This document shows, in pieces, positions 9,943 to 18,701 of a DNA stretch of 64,000 nucleotides (position 1 is the first letter of the stretch; the number at the start of each line of letters is the position of its first letter). The DNA is from Rhodanobacteraceae bacterium (lineage in GTDB: Bacteria > Pseudomonadota > Gammaproteobacteria > Xanthomonadales > Ahniellaceae). Location of the stretch: contig JADJFT010000001.1 of assembly GCA_016708465.1 (NCBI GenBank), forward strand, positions 249,680-313,679, written 5' to 3'. The translations under genes and the position numbers were made by a program. The notes under the pieces were generated by a model, which saw only the letters and a list, made by a program, of their open reading frames with translations, was not told the origin of the DNA and searched no databases.

Positions 9943-10701
9943 TCAACCCTGCTGTGATTCGGACGGTTTTTCCGCTGTCGCGCCCATGCTGCGCGATGCC
10001 TCCGCTGGCGTCGCCTCGGTGCCGAGCGAGAGACCTTCGGCCGCGGCAAAATCCGCGAGCGCTTGGTCGGCGAGCGCCGTCATTTCGGCTTCCTTGAGGT
10101 TGATGTCGGCCATGTCGATCGAGTCTTTGGCAACGCGCGCCCGACCGGACGCTTTGTTGCGTTCTTCTTCGACCATGTCGTGCAGACGGTTGAGCGTGTC
10201 GCCGGAGCCGCCGATCGAACCGATCATGCCTGCAGCCATCTCGTTCATCTCGGCCATCGCCTTCTTCATCTTCATGTCGTTGATCGCGCCCTTGAGGCTT
10301 TCGATTTTCGCGCGCGCCGCATTGACTGCGACATCCCGCGCCTTGATCAAATCCTTGTAGGTGCCTTCGGCGGCTTCGAGTTGCTTGCGATTCTCGGTGA
10401 GTTCGCGTGTCACTGTTTGCAAGCGCAGCGCATATTGGCCGGCCGCCTGCGTGTTGCCCGCACGCAAATGCGCCGTGGTTTTGGCGCGCAGTTCCGATTC
10501 TTCCGATGCGAGCTTGCGCACCTGGCTCATCAAGCGCTCGGCGAGTCCGGCGTGACCCGCCAGGCCTTGGTTGTAGCCGGCAATTTGCTTACGCAGGTTT
10601 TCTTGCTCCAGTTCCAACAGCGCTTCCGGATTCCGCTTTTCCACATCCTTCACGAACATCGCGAAGAACCCTTTGAACACATTGATCAGGCGCTGGAACA
10701 T
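9943..10701 (-). CDS. PspA/IM30-family protein (ESCRT-III superfamily).
   Basis: ATG 10701 is preceded by AAGGAG. MFQRLINVFKGFFAMFVKDVEKRNPEALLELEQENLRKQ matches the PspA/IM30 N-terminal amphipathic helix plus hairpin start. The body is all-helical and heptad-rich, with an Ala/acidic C-terminal tail. The stop lies 3 nt before the AAA+ start. Confidence 0.85.
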   Translation of the reverse strand: MFQRLINVFKGFFAMFVKDVEKRNPEALLELEQENLRKQIAGYNQGLAGHAGLAERLMSQVRKLASEESELRAKTTAHLRAGNTQAAGQYALRLQTVTRELTENRKQLEAAEGTYKDLIKARDVAVNAARAKIESLKGAINDMKMKKAMAEMNEMAAGMIGSIGGSGDTLNRLHDMVEEERNKASGRARVAKDSIDMADINLKEAEMTALADQALADFAAAEGLSLGTEATPAEASRSMGATAEKPSESQQG

Positions 10702-10989
10702 GAAATCTCCTTGCAACAGACTGTGAGCCTCGCGGCGACGCCCGCCAACTTAGCGGGTTTGTGCGTTGGTGCAAGGGGTTCGCGGCAACCAGAGATCAAT
10801 CAGTTCGCTGCCGCATCCGATTTCCGGCATATTTCCGGAACCTGGCCATCGCTACCAAGTGTTGCGCCAACTGGGACGAGCCGGTGCCGATCGTGATCTG
10901 TCGTTCGCAGCGTCTTGACCTGTCGCGCCATAATCTCCGGATAGATTGAACAGGCGCGTCGGAACCCCGATGCGCGCAACGGAGCTGGC

Positions 10990-12051
10990 ATGAGCGCTAC
11001 ACGATCGACACGCAACCTCGTTCTGGCCGGACTGTCCGCAGTGTTTTTTGCGGCTTGCAGTAGCTCGTCGCAACAACAGGCGCAACGCGGCGGTTCGCCG
11101 GTGACGGTGCGCAGCACGGTGATCGTGGCCAGCGATTGGCAGGACAGCGTGCAGGCACTCGGTACCGCCAAGGCGAATGAATCGCTGACGATCACCGCCA
11201 AGGTCAGCGAGACCGTGCAGAAAGTCGCATTCGACAGCGGTGATTTCGTCGAAGCCGGACAGGTGCTGGTCGATCTCACCGGGAAGGTGCAGCTCGCCGG
11301 GCTGGAAGAGGCGCGCGCCGCCTACAAGGAAGCCGAGCAACAACTGAAGCGCGGCGAGGAACTTGCTGCCCGCCACTTGGTCCCCGGCAGCCAGATTGAC
11401 ACGCAACGCGCGACGCGCGACGCCGCACGTGCGCGCATGGATCAAGTTCGTGCACAGTTGTCGGATCGTGTCATCACCGCGCCGTTCGATGGCGTGCTCG
11501 GCTTGCGTCAGGTCAGTCCCGGGGCGCTGGTCACACCGGGCACGGCGATCACGACATTGGACGATGTCTCGATCATCAAGCTGGATTTCTCGGTGCCAGA
11601 AACGCTGATCGCGGCCTTGGCGCCCGGTCAGGAAGTCGCGGCCCACAGTGCGGCTTATCCCGCCGAATTATTCAGCGGCGTGCTGCGCACGATTGATTCG
11701 CGGGTTGATCCCGTCACGCGGTCGGTGATGGTGCGTGCAGAGATTCCAAACCCGGAACGACGCTTGCGTCCCGGTATGTTACTCACCGTTGATGTGCGGC
11801 GTGCACCGCGTCAAGCCTTGGCCCTGCCAGAGTTGGCGTTGCTGCAGATCGGGCGCAATAGTTTCGTGTTCCGCGTAGCCGCTGATGGCAGCGTGGCGCA
11901 GGTCCCGGTGATGATCGGTGCACGCGAACGCGGTCGCGTTGAGATTGTCGACGGCATCGCCGCCGGCGATCGCGTCGTGGTTGAAGGCACCGTGAAACTG
12001 CGACCGGGCGCAAAGGTGGTCGAAGCGGGTACGAACCCGCCGGCACATTGA
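10990..12051 (+). CDS. RND efflux periplasmic adaptor (membrane-fusion protein) lipoprotein.
   Basis: 353 aa with a lipobox (LSAVFFAAC-SSS) and HlyD/AcrA-type hairpin and barrel segments (ITAPFDGVLGLRQVSPGALV). Confidence 0.9.
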   Translation: MSATRSTRNLVLAGLSAVFFAACSSSSQQQAQRGGSPVTVRSTVIVASDWQDSVQALGTAKANESLTITAKVSETVQKVAFDSGDFVEAGQVLVDLTGKVQLAGLEEARAAYKEAEQQLKRGEELAARHLVPGSQIDTQRATRDAARARMDQVRAQLSDRVITAPFDGVLGLRQVSPGALVTPGTAITTLDDVSIIKLDFSVPETLIAALAPGQEVAAHSAAYPAELFSGVLRTIDSRVDPVTRSVMVRAEIPNPERRLRPGMLLTVDVRRAPRQALALPELALLQIGRNSFVFRVAADGSVAQVPVMIGARERGRVEIVDGIAAGDRVVVEGTVKLRPGAKVVEAGTNPPAH

Positions 12052-12061
12052 GGGCACGGCA

Positions 12062-15000
12062 ATGATGCTCTCCGATGTCTCCATCCGCCGCCCGGTATTT
12101 GCGACCGTCCTCAGTTTGATGCTGGTCGCGCTAGGGTTGATCGCGTTCACGCGGCTGCCGCTGCGCGAACTGCCGAACATCGATCCACCGATCGTGTCGG
12201 TCGATGTCAGCTATCCGGGCGCATCCGCTGGCGTTGTCGAGACCCGCGTGACCCAGGTGCTGGAAGATGCGCTGTCCGGTATCGAGGGTGTCGAGACCAT
12301 TCAGTCGCAAAGTCGTAACGGTCGTTCCAGCATCACGCTGGAATTTTCTTTGAATCGCGATATCGAAGGGGCGGCGAATGATGTGCGTGATGCTGTCAGC
12401 CGCGTCGCCGACCGTATGCCGCAGGAGGCAGATGCGCCGCAAGTCGCCAAAGTCGAGGGTGACGCCGACGTCATCCTGTGGCTGAATCTGAGTTCGCCAC
12501 AACTTGATTCCTTGGCGCTAACCGATTACGCCGGCCGCTACATTGTCGACCGGCTGTCCAGCATCGACGGCGTGGCGCAGTTGCGCATCGGTGGCAGCCA
12601 GCGTTACGCGATGCGTATCTGGTTGGATCGCGATGCGCTGGCCGCGCGTGGCCTGACCATCGCCGAAGTCGAAGCCGCCTTACGCGCAGAAAACGTCGAG
12701 TTGCCGGCCGGACGACTGGAATCGGATACCCGTGATTTCACCCTGCGGATCGACCGTGGTTATGTGCAGACGACCGATTTCGAAGCGTTGCCATTGCGCA
12801 AGGGCGCTGATGGCCACGTCATCCGGCTCGCCGAAGTAGCACGCGTCGCGATCGAGTCGACCGATCGCCGCGCCATGTTCCGCGGCAATGGGACACCACA
12901 GATTGGCCTCGGCGTGATCAAGACCTCGACCGCGAACAGCCTCGATGTCGCCAATTTGGTGAAGGCCGAAGTCGAGCGCATCAACGAGGGCTTGCCCGAG
13001 GGTATGAAGATCGGCGTGACTTTCGACAGCACGATCTTCATCGACGAAGCAGTGAAGCAGGTTTACAAGACCTTGTTCGAGGCGACTTTGCTGGTGGTGC
13101 TGGTGATCTGGTTGTTTCTCGGTTCGGTGCGTGCGGCGTTGGTGCCGGCGGTGACGGTGCCGGTGTGCCTGATCGCGTCGTTCATTGCGCTGTGGATGTT
13201 CGGGTTCTCGATCAATCTGTTGACCCTGCTGGCGTTGGTGCTGTCGATCGGACTGGTCGTTGATGACGCCATTGTCGTACTGGAAAACGCCCAGCGGCGT
13301 GCGGATCTTGGCGAACCGGTTTCAGTTGCAGCGCTGCGCGGTACTCGCCAGGTCGCGTTCGCGGTGATCGCAACCACGACGGTGTTAGTGGCGGTGTTTG
13401 TGCCGGTGTCGTTCATTGAGGGCAACAATGGCCGACTGTTCCGCGAACTTGCGGTGGCGTTGGCCGCTGCGGTTGCGATCTCAGCCTTCGTCGCGCTCAC
13501 CCTGACGCCGATGATGTGCTCGCTGCTGTTGCGTCGGCATGGCCAAGCCAGCGGTTTTTCCGAGCGCGTGGATGAACGCCTGAATGCGTTGGCCGGCGCT
13601 TATCGGCGCGTGCTGGAGCGGGTCATTGGTCACCCGAAGCGCTGGGTGTTGTTCATGCTCGTCGCGCTGGCGGGCAGCTATGGCTTGTCGACTCTGGTAC
13701 CGCGCGAATTGGCGCCGCCCGAGGATCGCGGTGCATTCTTCTTGTCCGTGGTCGGCCCCGAAGGGGCAGGTTTCGACTACACCGCGTCGCAAGTGCTGGA
13801 GGTCGAGAAGCTGTTGCTCAAGTACACCGGCGAGGGCCAGCCGATCGAGCGTGTCAACATCCGTGTTCCCGGAGGGTTCGGTGCCAGCGAGGAAATGCAT
13901 ACCGGGCAGGGTATCGTCGTGCTGAAACCGTTCGGACAGCGTGACCTGTCCACCAACGAGGTGGTCGAGCAGGTACGCGCCGACATGAATGCCATCGCTG
14001 GTGTGCGCGGACTGGCGCAGGTGCGCCAAGGACTAGTGCGCAGCCAAGGCCAGCCGTTTCAGGTGGTGATTGGCGGGCCCGATTACGCCGAACTCGCCAA
14101 CTGGCGCGATCGCTTGATGGCGCGCATGGAAAAGAATCCGGGCCTGTCCTCGGTTGATTCCGATTTCAAGGAAACCCGCCCGCAGATCCGGGTTTCAGTG
14201 GACCGCAACCGTGCCGCTGCGCTGGGTGTGTCGTTGGCGGACATCGGTCGAACTTTGGAAACCATGATGGGCTCGCGCCGCGTCACCACCTATGTTGAGG
14301 ATGGCGAGGAATACGACGTCATCCTGCAGGCCGAACGCGATGATCGCGCCGCACCGTCCGACCTGCGCAACCTCTACGTGCGTGCGCGCAGCGGCGAACT
14401 GATTCCGCTGGGCAGTGTGGTTTCGCTCAGCGAGTTGGCTGAACCGGGCAGCCTGAATCGCTTCAATCGCCTGCGCGCGATTACCGTGTCGGCGGCCATC
14501 GCGCCGGGATACACCTTGGGGCAGGCGATCGAATGGATCAGCCGAACCGCCAAGGAAGAACTGCCGCAGACCGCGCAAATCGACTTCAAGGGCGAGTCGC
14601 GCGAGTACCAACAGTCTGGCAGCGCGGTCCTGTTTACCTTCGCGTTGGCCTTGCTGGTTGTTTACCTGGTGCTCGCGGCGCAATTTGAAAGCTTTGTGCA
14701 CCCACTGGTGATCATGCTGACAGTGCCGTTGGCGGTGTTTGGTGCCTTCGTCGGTCTTGCTGTTACCGGGAATACGCTAAACCTGTTCAGTCAGATCGGC
14801 ATCATCATGTTGATCGGTTTGGCGGCAAAAAATGGCATCCTGATCGTTGAGTTCGCGAATCAACGTCGCGATGCCGGCCGGTCGGTGCGCGACGCGGTAC
14901 TCGAAGCCGCATCGACGCGCTTGCGTCCAATCCTGATGACCTCGATCGCCACTGCGGCAGGGGCCTTGCCGCTCGTGCTAGCGAACGGGCCTGGGTCGGC

Positions 15001-15175
15001 GAGCCGTGCCACGATCGGTGTCGTCGTCGCCTTCGGCGTGACCTTGTCGACCTTTCTGTCGCTGTTTGTGGTGCCCGCGTTCTATCTGTGGCTGGCTCCG
15101 TACACGCGTTCGCCGGAAGAGAAAACGCGCGAACTCGAACAACTCGAACATGCGACGCCGCCGGTGGAAAAGTAA
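12062..15175 (+). CDS. RND efflux permease, AcrB/AcrD/AcrF family.
   Basis: 1037 aa. MMLSDVSIRRPVFATVLSLMLVALG... is the canonical N-terminus, and the 12-TM pattern with two large loops is present. No outer-membrane factor or regulator is adjacent. Confidence 0.95.
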   Translation: MMLSDVSIRRPVFATVLSLMLVALGLIAFTRLPLRELPNIDPPIVSVDVSYPGASAGVVETRVTQVLEDALSGIEGVETIQSQSRNGRSSITLEFSLNRDIEGAANDVRDAVSRVADRMPQEADAPQVAKVEGDADVILWLNLSSPQLDSLALTDYAGRYIVDRLSSIDGVAQLRIGGSQRYAMRIWLDRDALAARGLTIAEVEAALRAENVELPAGRLESDTRDFTLRIDRGYVQTTDFEALPLRKGADGHVIRLAEVARVAIESTDRRAMFRGNGTPQIGLGVIKTSTANSLDVANLVKAEVERINEGLPEGMKIGVTFDSTIFIDEAVKQVYKTLFEATLLVVLVIWLFLGSVRAALVPAVTVPVCLIASFIALWMFGFSINLLTLLALVLSIGLVVDDAIVVLENAQRRADLGEPVSVAALRGTRQVAFAVIATTTVLVAVFVPVSFIEGNNGRLFRELAVALAAAVAISAFVALTLTPMMCSLLLRRHGQASGFSERVDERLNALAGAYRRVLERVIGHPKRWVLFMLVALAGSYGLSTLVPRELAPPEDRGAFFLSVVGPEGAGFDYTASQVLEVEKLLLKYTGEGQPIERVNIRVPGGFGASEEMHTGQGIVVLKPFGQRDLSTNEVVEQVRADMNAIAGVRGLAQVRQGLVRSQGQPFQVVIGGPDYAELANWRDRLMARMEKNPGLSSVDSDFKETRPQIRVSVDRNRAAALGVSLADIGRTLETMMGSRRVTTYVEDGEEYDVILQAERDDRAAPSDLRNLYVRARSGELIPLGSVVSLSELAEPGSLNRFNRLRAITVSAAIAPGYTLGQAIEWISRTAKEELPQTAQIDFKGESREYQQSGSAVLFTFALALLVVYLVLAAQFESFVHPLVIMLTVPLAVFGAFVGLAVTGNTLNLFSQIGIIMLIGLAAKNGILIVEFANQRRDAGRSVRDAVLEAASTRLRPILMTSIATAAGALPLVLANGPGSASRATIGVVVAFGVTLSTFLSLFVVPAFYLWLAPYTRSPEEKTRELEQLEHATPPVEK

Positions 15176-15177
15176 GC

Positions 15178-15447
15178 GTGGTCGCGCCCAACACGTTCGA
15201 AGTACATCACCAACCTGAGCATTCGCGCTTCGTCGCGAACATCGACGGCAAGGACTGCGTCGTGCGCTATCAAATCGACGGTGACACGATGCATGTGCTC
15301 TCTACCACGGTGCCTCCCGTCCTCGAAGGTCGTGGTATCGCGGCGGTTCTGACGCGCGCGGCGCTCGCCTATGCCGATGAACAGGGTTTGCAGGTGAACC
15401 CGGTATGCACCTATACCGTCGCATATCTGCGACGGCATCCGCGCTAA
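15178..15447 (+). CDS. Small GNAT-like (YjdJ-type) acetyltransferase-fold protein.
   Basis: GTG 15178 directly follows the RND stop. 89 aa with HTTVPPVLEGRGIAAVLTRAAL...VNPVCTYTVAYLRRHP, typical of this family. The upstream part of ORF 15088-15447 overlaps the RND gene and is rejected. Confidence 0.6.
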   Translation: MVAPNTFEVHHQPEHSRFVANIDGKDCVVRYQIDGDTMHVLSTTVPPVLEGRGIAAVLTRAALAYADEQGLQVNPVCTYTVAYLRRHPR

Positions 15448-16343
15448 GTCACGCGCCAGTTCAATCGGCCGTCGACGATGGTCTGAGTACAGCCACCAAC
15501 CCAAACTGACTGGTCTGGATCGATACGAATGCGCAGTTTGGCGTCGCGGCCGATTTCGCGGCCCTGACTGACGCAGTAGCCGCGGGCGAGTGGTCCTTGC
15601 GCTTCGGCCTGAGCAATATAGGCAGCGATCAGTCCGTTGGCGGCACCGGAGGCGGGGTCTTCGAGAATGCCGACGCCACATGGAAACGCGCGCACCGCAA
15701 CGTCGTGTTCGCCACTGTCACTGCGCGCAAATGCGCATAGGCCGAGCGTATCGGTGGCGCGGGCGAGCGAGCCGATCGCGGTGTGGTCTGGCCGCCACGC
15801 ACGCAGCGTTGCTTCGTCGACTAATTCAGCCAGCCACCACTTGCGTCCGCCTTCGATCATCGCCGCACCCAGCGCGCCGAGTTGCACGTCACCCAGGATA
15901 TCGCGCAGTGCTGAGGACGCCGCGGCACCCTGACTGACGACACGTGCCGTCGGCGCTTGCACCGATAGCTCGCGTTGCGCCCGCGTATGATCGATCTCGA
16001 CCGCGAGCAACCCGGCAGCGCATTGCTGGATCAAGGATTCGGCGGGGACATCGACGAAGCCGGTTTCCAGCGCCGCGTGCGCCGTGCCGAGAGACGGATG
16101 GCCAGCGAATGCGATCTCACGACTGGGCGTGAAGATGCGGACGCGATAATTCGCCGACGGTTCGGTCGGATGCAAGAGGAAGGTGGTCTCGACCAAATTC
16201 GTCCAGGTTGCGAAGGCTTGAAAGTCAGCGCTATGCCAGTGATCGGCACCGAGCACGACGCCGAGCGGATTTCCACCGCCGGGTCGATCGGTGAATACGT
16301 CGAGTTGCAGGAAGCGCAGGTCGCCGAGTGCGTGAGTGTTCAA
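15444..16343 (-). CDS. PhzF-family isomerase.
   Basis: 299 aa. LQLDVFTDRPGGGNPLGVVL is a PhzF N-terminal signature. Confidence 0.85.
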   Translation of the reverse strand: MNTHALGDLRFLQLDVFTDRPGGGNPLGVVLGADHWHSADFQAFATWTNLVETTFLLHPTEPSANYRVRIFTPSREIAFAGHPSLGTAHAALETGFVDVPAESLIQQCAAGLLAVEIDHTRAQRELSVQAPTARVVSQGAAASSALRDILGDVQLGALGAAMIEGGRKWWLAELVDEATLRAWRPDHTAIGSLARATDTLGLCAFARSDSGEHDVAVRAFPCGVGILEDPASGAANGLIAAYIAQAEAQGPLARGYCVSQGREIGRDAKLRIRIDPDQSVWVGGCTQTIVDGRLNWRVT

Positions 16344-16582
16344 TCGCGAATGTTGAAGCCGGGGTTCTCGTCGAGCGTGCCGTCGTCTTTGAGTACGGCA
16401 AACTTTTTACGATCGGAATCGAACACGATCGGAATCGACGGCTTGAACGGCGGTCGACGAATAAACTTCAATTCCCAACCGTAGCGCTCCAATCCGCGCA
16501 GCGTGATCAACTGTTCCTGATTCAGGTCACGCTCCATTGCTCTGACCGGTCGTGCCATATCGAGGCGCCGTTCAAATGCCAT
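16340..16582 (-). CDS. Small conserved hypothetical protein.
   Basis: 80 aa of non-repetitive sequence. Its stop overlaps the phzF-like start by 4 nt. Confidence 0.55.
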   Translation of the reverse strand: MAFERRLDMARPVRAMERDLNQEQLITLRGLERYGWELKFIRRPPFKPSIPIVFDSDRKKFAVLKDDGTLDENPGFNIRD

Positions 16583-16636
16583 GCAAGCTGTCCTCGGATG
16601 ATGATGGCCCGATTGTTACCTGAGGTCACGGTAAGT

Positions 16637-17857
16637 TCAATGCTGCTGTGACAGCCAATTGACCGCGCCGGCACCAGCGACCTTGCCGCTGGCAAAACTG
16701 GCAGTCAACAAGTAACCGCCGGTGGGTGCCTCCCAGTCGATCATTTCACCAGCGCAAAACACGCCTGGCATTGCGCGCAACATCAGCCCTTCGTCGAGTG
16801 CCGCGAAGCGGACACCGCCCGCACTGCTGATCGCCTCGGCCAATGGACGCGGGCGTAGTAGGCGGACCGACGCCTGTTTGATCGTTGCCGCGACGCGGCC
16901 TGGGTTGATCCATTCAGTGCGCGGCAACAGTTCGAACACCAGGGCCGACTTGGCTGCGTCGAGTCCGATAGACCGGCGCAAGTGTTCGCCGATGCTGCGT
17001 TTGCCGCGTTCGCGAGCGAGCGCAGCAACCAGTTGTTCAGTGCTGCGTTCCGGCAACAGGTCGAGATGCAGTAGGGCCCAGCCGTCAGCAACGATGCGTT
17101 CGCGCACGGGTCCGGATAGGGCATAAATCAGGCTGCCTTCCAGACCATAAGCACTGATCACGCATTCGCCGGCGACTGCCGTGCCAGCACCATCTAGTCG
17201 CGCGGCAATACGTTTCAGCGGCGCGCCGGCATGACGCGATCGCATCGGCTCGGACCAGTCGACCTCGAAACCGCAGTTCGCAGCCTGCAAAGGTGCGACC
17301 TCAATGCCGCGGGTGCGCAGCACATCCACCCACGCGCCATTCGAACCTAGTTGCGGCCACGACCCGCCACCCATCGCTAGCAGCGTCGCGTCGGCATGGC
17401 GCTGGATGGCACCATCGGGGGTATCGAAGACGAGTGCGCCGTTGGCGTCCCAGTCGGAGAAGCGATGATGGACATGAAAGCGAACGCCCTGTGCGCGCAG
17501 TCGTCGCACCCAGCCACGCAGAAACGGGGCCGCTTTCAGGTCGATCGGAAACACGCGGCCAGAACTGCCAATGAAGGTGTCGATGCCGAGCCCGCGTGCG
17601 AACGTGCGCAGCGCTGTCGCATCGAATTTGTTCAACCAGCTACGAACATCAGATTCACGGCCACGATATCGCGCCACGAAGGTCTCGAAATCGTCGCTGT
17701 GTGTCAGGTTCAGGCCACCCTTGCCGGCGATCAGGAACTTGCGTCCGACCGAGCCCATCGCGTCGTACACGTCGACCTCGATTCCTGAAGCACGCGCGGT
17801 TTCTGCCGCCATCAATCCGGCCGGACCACCACCGATGATGGCGAGCGTCGTCGACAT
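16637..17857 (-). CDS. NAD(P)/FAD-dependent oxidoreductase, BaiN/YhiN (HI0933-like) family.
   Basis: Starts at ATG 17857: MSTTLAIIGGGPAGLMAAE (Rossmann GxGxxG). The Arg-rich 108-aa extension in ORF 16637-18181 overlaps the crotonase gene and is rejected. Confidence 0.85.
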   Translation of the reverse strand: MSTTLAIIGGGPAGLMAAETARASGIEVDVYDAMGSVGRKFLIAGKGGLNLTHSDDFETFVARYRGRESDVRSWLNKFDATALRTFARGLGIDTFIGSSGRVFPIDLKAAPFLRGWVRRLRAQGVRFHVHHRFSDWDANGALVFDTPDGAIQRHADATLLAMGGGSWPQLGSNGAWVDVLRTRGIEVAPLQAANCGFEVDWSEPMRSRHAGAPLKRIAARLDGAGTAVAGECVISAYGLEGSLIYALSGPVRERIVADGWALLHLDLLPERSTEQLVAALARERGKRSIGEHLRRSIGLDAAKSALVFELLPRTEWINPGRVAATIKQASVRLLRPRPLAEAISSAGGVRFAALDEGLMLRAMPGVFCAGEMIDWEAPTGGYLLTASFASGKVAGAGAVNWLSQQH

Positions 17858-17862
17858 GAGAC

Positions 17863-18685
17863 TCAACGGCCCTTGTAGATCGGGTCGCGACGTTCCATGA
17901 AGGCGCGCATCGCTTCGGCGAAATCTTCCGATTGCATGAGCAGACCGTTTTGAATTGCGGCATCGCGGTTCACGCGGGCGATCTCGGCGTCGATGCGCGC
18001 ATTCATTGTGTGCTTGATGCCGGCAACGACCAGCGGCGGATTTGCCGCGAGCCGTGCCGCCAGGCGCTGTGCTGCTTGCGTCAAGGCATCGGCATCGTCG
18101 ACGACATGGCTGACCAGTCCGATGCGAAGCGCAGTGTCGGCATCGATGTCGTCGCCGAGCAGGGCAAGTTCGCGCGCCCAAGTTTCGCCGATCAAGTGCG
18201 GCAGCCTTGAGAGGCCGCCGAGATCAGGCACGATGCCCACTTTGACTTCGCGTAACGCAAATTTTGCCGACTTTGTGGCGATACGGATATCGCAGGCAGC
18301 GACCATCTCAACGCCGGCGCCGATGCACCATCCATCGATCGCGGCGACCGCCGGTACGCGGCTTGATGCCAATGCCGAAAAACCGCGATACATGCGCTCG
18401 GCCAGCGCCGGAATCTCGGCGCGACCACGCGCGCCATCGTTCAGCAGCGTGCCGATCTCGATGGCCATCGCGGGCAGGTCGAGACCGTAGGAAAAAATGC
18501 TCGCCGGCGCCACGCACGATCAGTGCGCGGATGTCGGCGGCAGCATCAATGGCGGCGATGGCGGCGGGCAGTTCGCGCCAGAAGTCCGGCCCCATCGCGT
18601 TACCGCGGCCAGGCCCGAGCAAGACCAGTTCCGCCACCGCTGCGCTGCCCGTGTCGACGCGAACCGAACGCTGTTCACTGGTCAT
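17863..18685 (-). pseudogene. Enoyl-CoA hydratase/isomerase (crotonase) family protein with a +1 frameshift in an A6/T6 run.
   Basis: The N-terminal part (from ATG 18685) reads ...ALIVRGAGEHFF. The C-terminal part (ORF 17863-18513) reads SYGLDLPAM...DGWCIGAGVEMVAACDIRIA. Removing one base from the run at 18492-18497 gives GEHFSYGLDL. Confidence 0.8.
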
Positions 18686-18701
18686 CGATCGATCCTCGCG
18701 A

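Noticed and set aside
10702-10989. Sigma54-type promoter (TGGCAC-N5-TTGC) upstream of the pspA-like gene, as in canonical psp operons.
   Set aside because: I scanned the 288-nt divergent intergenic region on the minus strand. Only poor matches with wrong GG-to-GC spacing were found, so I make no call.
17858-18181. Arg-rich 108-aa N-terminal extension of the flavoprotein ORF.
   Set aside because: It overlaps the crotonase coding region. The Rossmann motif starts immediately after ATG 17857.
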